Source: Eledone cirrhosa
Lineage: Eukaryota
NCBI GenBank assembly: GCA_964016885.1
Contig: OZ024742.1
Span: forward strand, 308,450,001 to 308,514,000
DNA length: 64,000 nt
Reading direction: 5' to 3'
Shown: positions 35,230 through 48,736 of the stretch, piece after piece
Numbering within the stretch: the stretch's first letter is position 1
Layout of the letters: each line of letters starts with the position of its first letter
Notes under the pieces: model-generated
The model's input: only the letters and a program-made list of their open reading frames with translations
The model's database searches: none
Told to the model about the DNA's origin: nothing
Made by a program: the position numbers and the translations under genes

Positions 35230-35609
35230 TGTGTGTGTGTGTGTGTCTGTGTGTGTGTGTGTGTGTGTGACCCTGAAAGTTTTACAAAATGTTTAAAAAA
35301 TGTGTCATGATTTTTGTCAAAAGTTCAATGGTATACATTTTTCTATTATTTTGATTATTTCAACCTTTCTGGTGAACTGCCTTCACGAGGCAGTTATTTC
35401 ATCGTTCTCAAAGACAAGAAATTCAAGTGACAGAAATACAGATCAAAACCACAAAAAAATGATTGCGAAACAAAAAGACTTTATAACCACCTATGCTAAC
35501 ATGCCATATATGTCTCCTTATTTGCTGCCAAGATAATATGATGTATTACAATACATCATATTGTAACTTATATAGATATGAACATAGCTATAACATACAT
35601 ACGAATACT

Positions 35610-35648
<39 letters not shown>

Positions 35649-35689
35649 TGTATGTATACTGAACACTGTATATATATATACTGTATGTA

Positions 35690-36372
35690 TAAATGAACAC
35701 TGGCGAGAGCTTCAAGATAGAAAAGAATCATCTGTACTCCACCAACATGCTAAAATAGAACATAAGGGTAAATTAGAGAACATAGAAATAAAAATAGAAT
35801 CTCCACACAGAAAAGACGCAATGTTTAGACAAATCACAGAGGCAATAAAGATTATTGAACTCCAACCAAAATTAAATAGAAAACATGAATGGAATAGCAA
35901 CATAACAACTTACAATTAAGGACAAAATGAAAACACACACACACATAGAACAAACAACCAACCAGTAACATGTAAATAAACAAATAAATAAACAAATATA
36001 AACACACACAGACACCGGATGTAATACATGCGCAAACTAAGTACACAACACACACAAAAACAAGATGGCGTAGGACAGAACGAAGGAGAGGCACAAAAAC
36101 AAAGAAAAGGATCCCAGTCACTGAAGAGGTCACAGAATGTGTGACGAAAGAATTTTGACAATATATGAACAGCCGTCCGGTTGTGGAACCAACCAACCAA
36201 CCGGAAATTTATAAATTCTTAAATTTATAAATTTAATTTATAATACATTGGAGTGCACAGCTGGTGCGTGTGTTTCTTATTGGCAACATGACCCTCCCAA
36301 AGCATAACAATATCGGTTTCAACACGTTTTCAGATAAAGAATCTTGCTAAACAAATTCAGAAACGAAATATA
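35690..36372 (+). mobile_element. 5'-truncated PLE: GIY-YIG C-terminus, 3' UTR with HHR, and tail
   Basis: INEHWRELQDRKESSVLHQH...RQITEAIKIIELQPKLNRKHEWNSNI; flanked by (TA)n. Confidence 0.85.
36117..36159 (+). ncRNA. Hammerhead motif in PLE 3' UTR
   Basis: gtca-CTGAAGA-g-gtcaca gaatg tgtgac-GAAA-gaat-TT-tgac. Stems I and II are perfect; stem III is imperfect. Confidence 0.6.
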
Positions 36373-36388
36373 TATATATACATAGATA

Positions 36389-36427
<39 letters not shown>

Positions 36428-36441
36428 TATTACATATATAA

Positions 36442-36491
<50 letters not shown>

Positions 36492-38094
36492 AGGGGCGGT
36501 GCATGTGGGGAGCCAGAGAGACCATGGCCCCCCAATAATTATATTTTCTCCCCACACTATCAAAAGACACATCTATTTGTGTGTGTGCTACAATTTCTGT
36601 ACATGCTATGTAGAGACAGATGGGAGAGATAGTTATAAATAAAGAGAGGAGGAGAGTGTGTTGTATATTAGATATAGAGGAGGGGAGAGATTGAATTTCA
36701 TTGACATAGAGAGGGGGATTGGAAGAGAGTTCCGTGAGGTAGATATATAGAGAGAGGGGTTTGATAGTGACGGATGGAGTGAGAGGTAATGATAGAGAGT
36801 GTTGTATGGTAGATATAGAGAGGGGGAGAGTTAAGTATTAATTGATGTAGAGAGGGGAATTGGAAGAGAGTTATGTGTAGTAGATATAGAGAGGGGGGGG
36901 GCGTTTGATAGTAATGAATAGAGTGAGAAGGAATGAGAGAGTGCTGTATGGTAGATATAGAGAGAGGGATACTTTGGTAGTAATTGGTATAGTGAGGGGA
37001 GTTGGGAGATTGTGTTGTATATTAGATATAGAGAGGGGGAGAGATTGATGTTTATTGATATACAGAGGGTTATTGGAAGTGAGTTCCGTGTAATAGTGTA
37101 AGTTTTGGTACTTTCTCCCCAAACTACCAAAACACACATCTACAATTTAAACGTCTTTGATAGAGCAAAGGCTCTTTTGAAGTACTTTCCTAAACATTAT
37201 ATCTTGTGACAAGCAAACCTGTCATACAAGTACATAGCAATTTATTAAACAATAACATTACATATGCAGTTACAAAAGATATATGTTCCAAATACTCGAT
37301 AAAAAATGTCACTCGAGAAAGATTACGGGAATAATTCTATTCTCATATACTGAGCGATTTCTCTCAAGCCTATTATACACGAAAAGTTTTCCTATATTAT
37401 TCCCAATCACATGCACACAGACATATTTCATACATTGCTACTTACACTAAAAGCCTTCCTATAGATCGCCAAATTAATTTCTATTATATATACAGAGACA
37501 CATATTTCACACACGTCTACTTATTTGCACAAGAAGCTTTTTTATCCAAATGAATGTACTTTTTGCATTGACCAACACATTACATCTTTGAGAAACTTAT
37601 ATTGCTCCATTTGAGTAGCTGTTTTGAATTTACCTAAGAATTTTAATTGGCGGATATAATTTGTAAGCTATCAATGTTTAAATCAACCAATTCACGTGAA
37701 ATTTATCTAACTGTTGTATAACATAAATAGCATGAAAATATTTTTCTACACCAACCACCGTTATATCTTTATGTGTGAGTGTTCTTTGGCCAGCATGTAT
37801 ATTGCAACTGCTCGAATCGAAAAAATATAATCTCCAGAAATGCACGAAGAACATCATCATTAACAAAACAAAGGAAAAGGAGGAACACGCCACTGAGAAA
37901 ATCGAATCACTCCCAAAGTGTGGTTTTTTGTTTTTGTTTTTTTTATTTGCGAAAAAACACAAGGTCACTGTCTCAACTGTTAGCCCTCAGGTTGATGAAA
38001 ATGGCACTCTGCAAGACTATATGCTAAAACAGTGCTATTAAATAAGATACGACGTGGACAAATACTGCCTCAAACCTATCAATGTAATGAAAGT

Positions 38095-38126
<32 letters not shown>

Positions 38127-38130
<4 letters not shown>

Positions 38131-38719
38131 GATTGGTGCTCTGAAATAGCGATGTATATATGAATGTATGTATAATATATTTGGCAATATACCGTATGTT
38201 TCATTAAAAACATTTAGAAGACCATACGCTATCGGTTTTAAATAGAGACTATGTCACTTACTTCGTTTCGGCGAAAGAAGCGAGAAAAGCTAACAGTATG
38301 TTCCACGCACCCCTGCTTCCACCGAAAAGTATAGAAGCTGGATTCATATAGAATTCCAGTAATAATCATAGTCACCTCTTTAGAACCGATAGTGTATGGT
38401 CTTCTAAATGTTTTTAATTAAACATACGGTATATTGCCAAATATACTATACATACATTCATGTATACATCACTATTTCAGAGACCCAATTTTTGTTGGAC
38501 CGGCAATTGCTCTGTATGATAAGCTCTTGATTATTACTGGAATTCTATAATAATCAAGCTTCTATAATTTTCAGCGGAAGCAGGGGGTGCGTGGCTCTGA
38601 TGAACGTCCAACCAGCGAAAAGAAGTGACATAGTCACTACTTTAAAACCGATAGCATATGGTCTTCTAAATGTTTTTTTATTAAACATACAGTATATTGC
38701 TAAATATACTATACATACA

Positions 38720-38725
<6 letters not shown>
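38127..38725. mobile_element. Non-coding element with one forward and two inverted partial units, flanked by (TA)n
   Basis: 38130-38240 is mirrored at ~38380-38490 and ~38640-38725; related to 21381-21872. Confidence 0.65.
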
Positions 38726-38775
<50 letters not shown>

Positions 38776-38780
<5 letters not shown>

Positions 38781-38897
38781 AGAGTCAGGACCCATGGGAT
38801 CCTAACTCTTTTCCTATTATTCACTCTACTACCCTAAGTGTCGAGTAATCTTGTGCGTTATGGTCCACCTGGTTTCTTACCACACTTTCTTTGTTAT
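38776..38897. mobile_element. Short hairpin plus tail element (family of 30947-31154)
   Basis: Hairpin gaaaagagt...actcttttc, then the shared tail cctatt...cactctactacc...gtgcgtta.ggtccac...cttaccaca. Confidence 0.65.
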
Positions 38898-38964
38898 ATA
38901 TACATATATTGATCACCGGCAGATATGATGTTCAATATTTCATTTATTAAATCGTACATGAATT

Positions 38965-39003
<39 letters not shown>

Positions 39004-39157
39004 AAACATACCAAAGGATCTGACGCCATATATATGCAGACACACGTTCACGGAATCAGATAATATTCTTTCAATATCATGCGAATATATATTATATTAT
39101 ATTATATTATATTATTTTATTTTTTATATATATATATATGCGTGTGTGTGTGGGTGT

Positions 39158-39233
<76 letters not shown>

Positions 39234-39908
39234 TGTGAAGGTATGTCTCCACTGTCTATATATATGTGTATATAATGTATTATGGAAATAACAAGCCAGG
39301 TAAGGGTCTAAGGTCTTAAGCTAAACCATAAACAGAGAAATATTGCTCGACAATATCTTTGCTTTGGAAACAATACTAGTAATACAAATTACTTTATGAA
39401 TATAAAGCTGCATGGGGAAATATAAATATAAAACTTGCTCATCAATATGCTCCATAGATGTAAATAAAACAAAGAAATAAGTAAACAGACTTATAATGAA
39501 TAAAAACAATAATTGTCCGATTGAATGAAGATGTCTGGTTATATAAGTTTTATATATTCAGACCTGTCCCTTGATGCAGGTAGATGATCTAAATCATGCG
39601 AGACAACGCGTACAGTAATTGACAAGCAGCGGCAGCGTCTAAACGAGGAATGTCTGACGTCATAAGTGTCTGACGTCAGAGGTAGTGAATAGTGTCAATA
39701 GCATCAAACTATGCAACTGCTGGCTACTTCAGCTTCTATTGAAAACCACTATTGATTTTTCGATCGTTTTACCTCTTGTTTACCTTTTATATAATGCATT
39801 TTGATTTATTCATACACGTATATATTTATAAAGCAGAAATTATATTTTCCAGAAATGATTCAGAAGAAATTATTTGCAAATAAAGAATTTTTATATTGAA
39901 ATAGATAT

Positions 39909-39957
<49 letters not shown>

Positions 39958-39959
<2 letters not shown>

Positions 39960-40148
39960 ATATAATATAAGATCAAAAGATGGTTAAAACAGTTCCATGT
40001 ATTTTATTAAATGCGCATAATAAAATACATGGAACTCTTTTAACCATCTTTTCATCTTATATTATTTATACTCCAGTCCTACAAACTGTAGAGTGCTACT
40101 TATCCGATATCTGCATCGCTTTATTGTACTAAAATAAAACTCACCTCC

Positions 40149-40150
<2 letters not shown>
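39958..40150. mobile_element. Foldback (~48-bp arms) plus tail in (TA)n
   Basis: ataatataagatcaaaagatggttaaaacagttccatgtattttatt / aataaaatacatggaactcttttaaccatcttttcatcttatattat. Confidence 0.7.
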
Positions 40151-40195
<45 letters not shown>

Positions 40196-40593
40196 GGGGG
40201 TAATATGTGTGTACGTGTATGTGTATGTATGTGTGCATAAATTGTGTTGGAGGATGTCTGTGTCGGTGTTTATGTGTATAAGTATTTATGTAGCTGTGCA
40301 TACGTACGGATTTAGGATAAAATGGGTGAAGACTGCTTATCAGTATATGTAATTGCATGTACATGTATGCAGTAGATATGATTTCTTAATATAGATATAG
40401 TACATGCAGACGGAATATCTGAGCTTGGTACACAATATTCACTAGTGGTTGCATCGTCTCGTCTAGACACAGATATAAATATATTAAATTGTTGTTCTGA
40501 CAGGAAATAGGAGAAATAAGATTGGGCCCACGTTTGGAAGAACATTATAGCGGATACCACGTTTCTTTATCTTATGATAGTGATATATATATA

Positions 40594-40744
<151 letters not shown>

Positions 40745-40799
40745 GGTAAACAGAAATAACAACACTATTGGTACACAGTATATGGAAGGAGTATATATA

Positions 40800-40904
40800 C
40801 AGGGTTTCTCAAAAATATTTATACCCGCTTTCTTTGATTACTTGTACAGGTAATATTTATTAGAATGCTGTTGAAGTCTGTATACATTTTGGGGGGGCAC
40901 CCTG
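40800..40904. mobile_element. Tc1/mariner-type MITE
   Basis: TA|CAGGGT...ACCCTG|TA with ~25-bp imperfect terminal inverted repeats (TIRs). Confidence 0.6.
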
Positions 40905-41257
40905 TATGTATAACTTACACCATGCTGTTAGACCAGTTGAGGCCCTCCTTTGAATAACAGGTGAATATTAATTCATACTTTCAAAGAATTCCATTGGACT
41001 TGGCTCAGTTCTTCAATGTTGATTCATTTTACTTTATGTAATGGAATGACCAATATTATGTAAGCTGGAATATGCAGCAATGGCGAAATTATTAGTGGGG
41101 TAGGCTTCATTTAGGAATCTACCTAGAGTTAACTTTGTATAAGTTGTTATATATATGTTGACCTAATTCTCGAAGTGATATTTTTAGCTCTCATTTATTG
41201 AGATTTTCTGCATATCAGTGACAAATAACTTTCTCCTTGATACCGAACGGATTTTTA

Positions 41258-41626
41258 AGTTACGGGAAAATATACCAGATAATCTTATGCACAAGTATGT
41301 GTACATCTCGCGTTACGAAAATTTGAAAATTGTACTTAGGGAGGGTCATACAGTCAATCAAATATACAGACACTGGTAGAATTTGACCATGCCATCTTCT
41401 GTAACCAGTGTGTGGCGTCATTACATTTTCCGTCCACTAACTCCCACTCATGAATTATTGAGTTACTGAACATGGGAAATTACTGAATTGGTTAATAAAA
41501 CAGAAGACAACTACAACCAGTGCCTGTATCTTTGATTGACCGTGCAAAGTACAATTTTCAAATTTCCATAACGCGAAATACACACATATTTGGGCAAGCG
41601 ATTACCTGGTATATTTTCCCGTAACT
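41258..41626. mobile_element. MITE with ~120-bp imperfect TIRs and TTA duplication (PIF/Harbinger-like)
   Basis: TTA|agttacgggaaaatatacca...tggtatattttcccgtaact|TTA; the inverted match extends through 'ttgaaaattgtactt' and 'tcaatcaaa..tacag.cactggt'. Confidence 0.7.
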
Positions 41627-43274
41627 TTAGGTCATATTTCTTCAGATAATTTAATGTGGGTTCATAAATAAAATTCAGTCAATCCTGAAAGAATATATAA
41701 CTAAAATCAAGGGCATCGCAGCTACGTTTAGTAAAGCAATTAACAGTACTGCAATATTCCATATAAATTTAGTATATTTGTAGTAACCTCTTTGAATATA
41801 TATTTTCTGCTGTCACCAGTATACAAATGTGATTATATTATTTCTCCTAACAAAATATCCTTTAGGAAGAAACTCCGAATAAATAAGCTTTTCCCTCCAC
41901 AAAATCAACTTTATTTCTTGTAACTAAAAGCAACAGAGTTGGAATACATTATGCATTTTGCTGTTAACAATCGAGACAGAGTTTATTCACTTTTCAGCTT
42001 TTTCCTTGTCATCTGTGCTTCCTTCCTCTTGTTTATTTACTCTTTCCTTCTCACTTGTCATAGCTTCCTACATTTTTATTATTTCTACTGGTTATACTAG
42101 CTTCTTCCTTCTGATTTCTCTGACAAGCTTTTCACCTTTTCTTTTTTCTTCCACTTGCCGTTTGTTTTCATGGTTCTTTATATTCATATTTGGTCACTTA
42201 AAATTATTGCACTCTCCAATTCTAAAAGTATTCTATATTTCTTTTGTATATAGAGTTTATGGTCGTTTTTTTTTCGATGATAAAAGGGCAGTGAACAAGA
42301 CACTTTAATGGAATGCGGTGCTGGTGAATGGAATAGAACTAAAAAGGTATCATCAAACCGGTGACCTAATTCAAATACTTACAATAGAGTGAACCCCGCT
42401 AAAGGCACTCAACGTCCAAGTTAAACCGGATGCCGCATTAAGTCTTACTAAAGTAAGTCACAACATGTCTTAAACTCAGAATACAGAAAGGCAAAACAAA
42501 TCCTGCAAAGCATCACATTCAATGGTCTAACTTACTTCTTAATCCACCGAAAGGATAAAAGGCATCGTTGACTTTTTCGAGATTTGAACTGAAAACACAG
42601 AAACAACCTTTATCAAGTACAGCAACGTATTTCGTCCTACGCTCTAACCACCCCGCCAAATTGCCGTGAGTGTTGGTATTGTTGTACCTTACTGTAGAAT
42701 AATATATAGGTGATAAGTCAACGATACTAACGCTGATACTTCTATACAGGTGATAGGTCAACGATACTAACTCTGATACTTCTAAATCTCATTTTTCTTG
42801 TACCCGTTCGAAACATTATGATAGTTGCTGAAAACTTATGAATCTGACTTCCTAAACGATTTTCACTTCCTCCACAATTTATATTGCTATTCAATAAATC
42901 ATAGAAAATAAATTATTCTAAAAACAAAATGCTTTCGAACCCTCCTATTCAAATGGCAGCATATGTCGGTTTGTTGAATTTAACAAACCGTTAAAAATTT
43001 CCATTTCTATTTATTTGCACAGTCTTCTATGTAATGAGATAACATGAAACTTGATCCGTGATATTTCTCAGTTTCATATTATGTCTAGCTAGCAGGCTTT
43101 TATGTTGGTACAAAAAACTTCATTTTACTTTTATTACTTGCCTAACTGAGTTTTGTACGGGCATAAAAACTTACAAGGTGCCACTGAACATTATAGGCTC
43201 GGCGTTTGAGTTAAGTTAATTTAACGGAACAGAGTAAAAGAATATATGAATATACACACACATATATATATATA

Positions 43275-43359
<85 letters not shown>

Positions 43360-43469
43360 TATATATATATATATATATACTATATATATATATATATATA
43401 TACTATATATATATATATATATATACTATATATATATATATATATATACTATATATATATATATATATA

Positions 43470-43500
<31 letters not shown>

Positions 43501-43546
43501 CTATATATATATATATATATATATATACTATATATATATATATATA

Positions 43547-43617
<71 letters not shown>

Positions 43618-44016
43618 ATACAGTACATGTATTTCCAAGAACAGCCGCTAAACATCCCAACGCCAGAGCCGGATTATCAAAGCTAAAAATAATTATATAT
43701 TTAACGCTGAATCATAACGAGATATCTGAAATAAGATATGATCTATTCATCAGACGATATATATATATATATATCCTCTAAGCATGGTAACCCCAGTTCC
43801 TAATTATGCTACACATTCCAAAGACGGGAGCCAATTAAAGCTAGGATGAAATGTTGATATCCTATAGGTTTTTGGCATCATTTATCAGTATGATTTGGAA
43901 ATACGTTTTCATATAATTTAAATCCTGGGCGTAAATTTTATTGCTAAAAATAGTCAGTTATTTACATATCCATTGCATCTTAAACATAAAAGTGTAGTTA
44001 AATGAACTTTCTCCTG

Positions 44017-44092
<76 letters not shown>

Positions 44093-44476
44093 TAAAGGTT
44101 AACATATACATAAAGTTATAGATATATACATGTTGCAACTGGTCACTTTTAAGCTCTATGAAGAGTTAATAAATTAAAAAATTAGAGCAATATATCATAA
44201 ATCATGTCTTTAGAATCATCAGATAAAATATATACTATTTCTTCTTCTAATTAGCATAATTAAACACATAAGAAATCAATTAGATCAAGCTATAAGAAGA
44301 AAGGCTCTTATGGAGAAAACTCTGACAAATAACCGAACGTAGCCTCTTCGCGGTGGTCCCAATCGAGTATTTATCCAACATTTCGACAGCATGTAGAAAT
44401 TGACTAAATATACCATCAACCATACACAATTAGGTGTAAAATTAAACTTAGAAGAAATGCGTACATACCGTAATTA

Positions 44477-44555
44477 TATCTCTACCATGGTTTCATCCTT
44501 ATTTTTAGACATCCAAATAATAGGAATGTCCTGAGTTAGGATTCATCAGGAGACA
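44477..44555 (-). ncRNA. Type-I hammerhead ribozyme
   Basis: Reverse complement of 45442-45520. Confidence 0.85.
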
Positions 44556-45441
44556 AACTCAAAATCAGACATCTAGTTTTTCAATCCGATCCCGCCAAAA
44601 ATAGATTAAAAAATGGCTAAGAATCGCTATGTGGCTGTGGTCAAGCCAGAAAGAATGAGATTGGTTGCTTACGGCGGGTAGGCTTGCTGCTAGAAAGCGC
44701 AGCCAAATATCGCCAAATTTAATCTCAACCTATCGAGAGATTATTAAATATAAATGTTAACATATACATAAAGTTATAGATATATACATGTTGCAACTGG
44801 TCACTTTTAAGCTCTATGAAGAATTAATAAATTAAAAAATCAGAGCAATATATCATAAATCATGTCTTTAGAATCATCAGATAAAATATATACTATTTCT
44901 TCTTCTAATTAGCATAATTAACCACAAAAAAAATCAATTAGATCAAGCTATAAGAAGAAAGGCTCTTATGGAGAAATCTCCGACAACTAACCGAACGTAG
45001 CCTCTTCGCGGTGGCCCCAATCGAGTATTTATCCAACATTTCATTATAGCTTGATCTAATTGATTTTTTATGTGGTTAATTATGCTAATTAGAAGAAGAA
45101 ATAGTATATATTTTATCTGATGATTCTAAAGACATGATTTATGATATATTGCTCTGATTTTTTAATTTATTAATTCTTCATAGAGCTTAAAAGTGACCAG
45201 TTGCAACATGTATATATCTATAACTTTATGTATATGTTAACCTTTATATTTAATAATCTCCCGATAGGTTGAGATTAAATTTGGCGATATTTGGCTGCGC
45301 TTTCTAGCAGCAAGCCTACCCGCCGTAAGCAACCAATCACATTCTTTCTGGCTTGACCACAGCCACATAGCAATCCTTAGCCATTTTTTAATCTATTTTT
45401 GGCGGGATCGGATTGAAAAGCTAGATGTCTGATTTTGAGTT

Positions 45442-45520
45442 TGTCTCCTGATGAATCCTAACTCAGGACATTCCTATTATTTGGATGTCTAAAAATAAGG
45501 ATGAAACCATGGTAGAGATA
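45442..45520 (+). ncRNA. Type-I hammerhead ribozyme with palindromic stem III
   Basis: tgtctc-CTGATGA-atcct...aggat-GAAA-CCATGG-TA-gagata. Intact core, 6-bp stem I, 5-bp base of stem II, GUA cleavage triplet. Confidence 0.85.
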
Positions 45521-45796
45521 TAATTACGGTATGTACGCATTTCTTCTAAGTTTAATGTTACACCTAATTGTGTATGGTTGATGATATATTTAGTCAATTT
45601 TTACATGCTGTCGAAATGTTGGATAAATACTCGATTGGGGCCACCGCGAAGAGGCTACGTTCGGTTATTTGTCGGAGATTTCTCCATAAGAGCCTTTCTT
45701 ATAGCTTGATCTAATTGATTTTTTATGTGGTTAATTATGCTAATTAGAAGAAGAAATAGTATATATTTTATCTGATGATTCTAAAGACATGATTTA

Positions 45797-45845
<49 letters not shown>

Positions 45846-46304
45846 AGTATGTATGTATGTATACGTACATACATATATGTATACAGACGTACAGTAGTAT
45901 GTATATATATACATACATGCAAAGATAGATATATATATGCACGTATCAGTTTACCGAACATTTATTATAATGTTCGGTTTGTTTGTTTGTAAACAAACAA
46001 ACAGCCCGAATTACGCCGTACAGAGTTTAGGCAACCACGTCACCTTTGTGTTCGACACAGGAACGATGTACTAGTTTCAAGCTTATTAGCTAGTGTCAGC
46101 ATCGTATACCTTCCTGCCAGATGGTTGAACGTCTGAAACTATATACTTTCCTTATACATATTAACGGTTGAGCAGCCTAATTTGCATATCGAGTAAGTTC
46201 AGTCGGCCGGGCGCACCGAAAAGGGTGTTCAATCGGGGGTAACCACAGTAAGTAAGATACTCAATACATAGCCGAATATAAATATTTGATATAGAAATTG
46301 CTTC

Positions 46305-46388
46305 TACAGTACTAGAACTGTTTCATTCGCAAGAAATCTTCAGGGCTTCCTGAAGATTTCTCTCGAATGAAACAGTTCTAGTCCTGTA
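46305..46388. repeat. Small foldback with an HHR-like core in each arm
   Basis: tacagtactagaactgtttcattcg..agaaatcttcagg gctt cCTGAAGAtttctctcgaatGAAAcagttcTAgtcctgta. Confidence 0.5.
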
Positions 46389-46401
46389 AATTCCATTTCT
46401 T

Positions 46402-46451
<50 letters not shown>

Positions 46452-46941
46452 GTATGGCCATTGCACGATATAGCATTATTGATAATTATTAATTAATTCT
46501 ATCGTACAATGCCTGTGCGTGAAGATATTTTTTAAAGTGATGACACATTCTGCACTGAGCCTTCTCCCAGAAGAATGCCCTGACAAAGGCTAGGGGTCCT
46601 TGACTCCCAATGGTTTAACCGCACCATCGAGTGTCCAGCCCAACTATTTTTATGTCCCCGCGCATATACATACACATGCACCCATATATATATACATATA
46701 TATACATATACACACATATGTACATGTGTATATACATATTTACACACTTTTCGATGGCCGTTGACAATTATGAGTTCTTACGCCCTTTATCAAATTTTGT
46801 ATTTTGTCCTGCAGGATGTCCAAAATCACCCTCCTCACCAAGTAAACTTGGTGGGGTTGCCGGTTTAGTCGCCGACGACCCGACCATGCGACAGGTTGTA
46901 CTGGGTTACATGTTACCAGTAGCACTCTAGAGTGACCCGAC

Positions 46942-46981
<40 letters not shown>

Positions 46982-47198
46982 TCTGTACTTATATGCTCTC
47001 ACTTATCCTTATTTCTTTATATTTGTATTATTTTTCCATTTTCTTACTTTTTTACTGTATCTTTTCTTATCTTTTACTTTTTACTTTTTACATCTATAAC
47101 TTCTGTACTTATTTATCATATATATTTTATTATTGTTGTTATTGTTTTGATTATACGCTATTTCTCTATATATATTTTGCCTTGTGTGAATTATTTTT

Positions 47199-47309
47199 GT
47201 ATTCTGAGGAGTTGATCAGAGGTAAACAATGTAATGGAAATCGAGTGACGCAACTTCAAGCGATTAGCGACCTCTAGACTCACCTGATCAATGAAACAAT
47301 TGTCAATAC
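47199..47309 (+). ncRNA. Type-I hammerhead ribozyme with long stem II
   Basis: gtatt-CTGAGGA-gttgatcag...ctgatcaat-GAAA-CAATTG-TC-aatac. It sits at the end of a T-rich, UTR-like tract (46981-47365). Confidence 0.8.
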
Positions 47310-47367
47310 CTTAAATAAAGCCCCTTGTTGTACAGTCAACCATGTTACTCTTCATTCTTTCACTATA

Positions 47368-48689
47368 TCTATATATATATAAAACGTAAGATGTCTGTCT
47401 GTGTGTGTGTATAATTTTTATGCATTTCCACATTTCTCTACCGATTTTGATGATTTTTTATCCAATGTGCTCCAAATTTACCAACGGTGGTCAATGTGTA
47501 ATAAACTTTGCCAAAAGTTTCCTGCTTCTATTAAGAAAATCAATAAAACTAAATGCATGCTGTAACCCTCTCTCTTACACGCTTATTCACTCTCTCTACT
47601 ACCCAACAGCGACAAAACTCCGTTCAGGAACGCGACATAAACTTTGAAAACTAAGCAACACATCATTTTATACAACAACAAACAAAGTCATAACGCTCTC
47701 TCCGTCGCTCTTCCCTCTCTCTATAATAGATCATTACCTCTCTCTATAATTTAATTACTTCACTCTCTATATGACAACACTGTTTTACACATTCCCTTAT
47801 AGTTTCTTAGCTTTACTCTCTCCATCGCTCTTCCTTCTCTCTATAATAGATTATTCCACCTCTCTATAATTTAACTGCTGGGGGTCTCATTGGAGTTCCG
47901 TATTGACATACGGCTTTTCTGGGGTATTTTAAATCGGCTTATTGCAAATAAAAACCCGCAAAATAGCACTTCTTATAACAGATTAATGCTACAGACATAT
48001 GAATCGGAATGTTTAAATTATTTATTTGTTACGACTTTCATTGGTTAAGTATTAATATGACAACACCCATAGTGTTGTACTTCTGGCAATTATGCTGAAT
48101 ACATTGCCAAGGATGAACCTTTTCCCCTCGGCGTCAGATATCCCGTTCGATTTCCGGCGATCCCAATTCCCGGTGTGACCATGTTTTGCCATGTCTATTA
48201 ACATGTCTCAAGGGCAAACATTGTCGGTGGAGGGCATCCATTTGGGGGAGCCATGCTTCTCTCATGGCCAACTTTATGTTACCTGTTCCCGCGTAGGTAG
48301 CAGGAATGGACTTTTTGCTTACACTGCTCAAGGGATGACACGCAATATCGTCTATAAAGAGGTGCTATAGATGTTGGTGCAGGTGTTGGAGGTGTTGGAG
48401 CTATGTCGTCTGGAAAACTATTTCCTGGTAGGGTCACCCATGGCAGACATATCTGACACCCAATGGCATCAGGGCCACTATCTTGCAAGTTTGGTCTGCT
48501 AAATTCGCTATTGGAAAATTATTAACCCATCATTGATTGTCCAAAATGCTAATTGGCTCGTAACTTTTAACAACCGGTTCAACTGCTTTATGCACTTAAT
48601 TTATAAGCTTATTCGCTATCAAGTCACGTTTACCTGTATGTAACTTTTCATAGCAAATGAACAAACCCGAGCAACGCCGGGCTAAATTG

Positions 48690-48693
<4 letters not shown>
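47368..48693 (+). mobile_element. Non-autonomous Helitron
   Basis: 5' A|TCTATATATATATAAAA...tgtctgtctg; 3' hairpin cccgagcaacgccggg then CTAA|T; internal helicase remnant; internal ~122-bp duplication (47695-47870). Confidence 0.85.
48107..48370 (+). pseudogene. Helitron RepHel PIF1-helicase C-terminal remnant
   Basis: PRMNLFPSASDIPFDFRRSQFPV*PCFAMSINMSQGQTL..GIHLGEPCFSHGQLYVTCSRVG...TRNIVYKEVL* (SF1 motifs V/VI), with one internal stop. Confidence 0.9.

Positions 48694-48732
<39 letters not shown>

Positions 48733-48736
<4 letters not shown>

Larger units (their letters stand above)
44087..45800. mobile_element. Retrozyme-like element: 658-bp non-coding HHR unit, ~1.45 copies followed by ~1.15 inverted copies, in (TA)n
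   Basis: Landmark 'catatacataaagttatag' at 44103 and 44761; orientation switch at ~45043; HHRs at 44477-44555 (-) and 45442-45520 (+). Confidence 0.85.

Noticed and set aside
37678-38041. Overlapping 82-96-aa ORFs as a host exon
   Set aside because: No motif or convincing splice pair, and the frame is interrupted by a T-rich low-complexity run.
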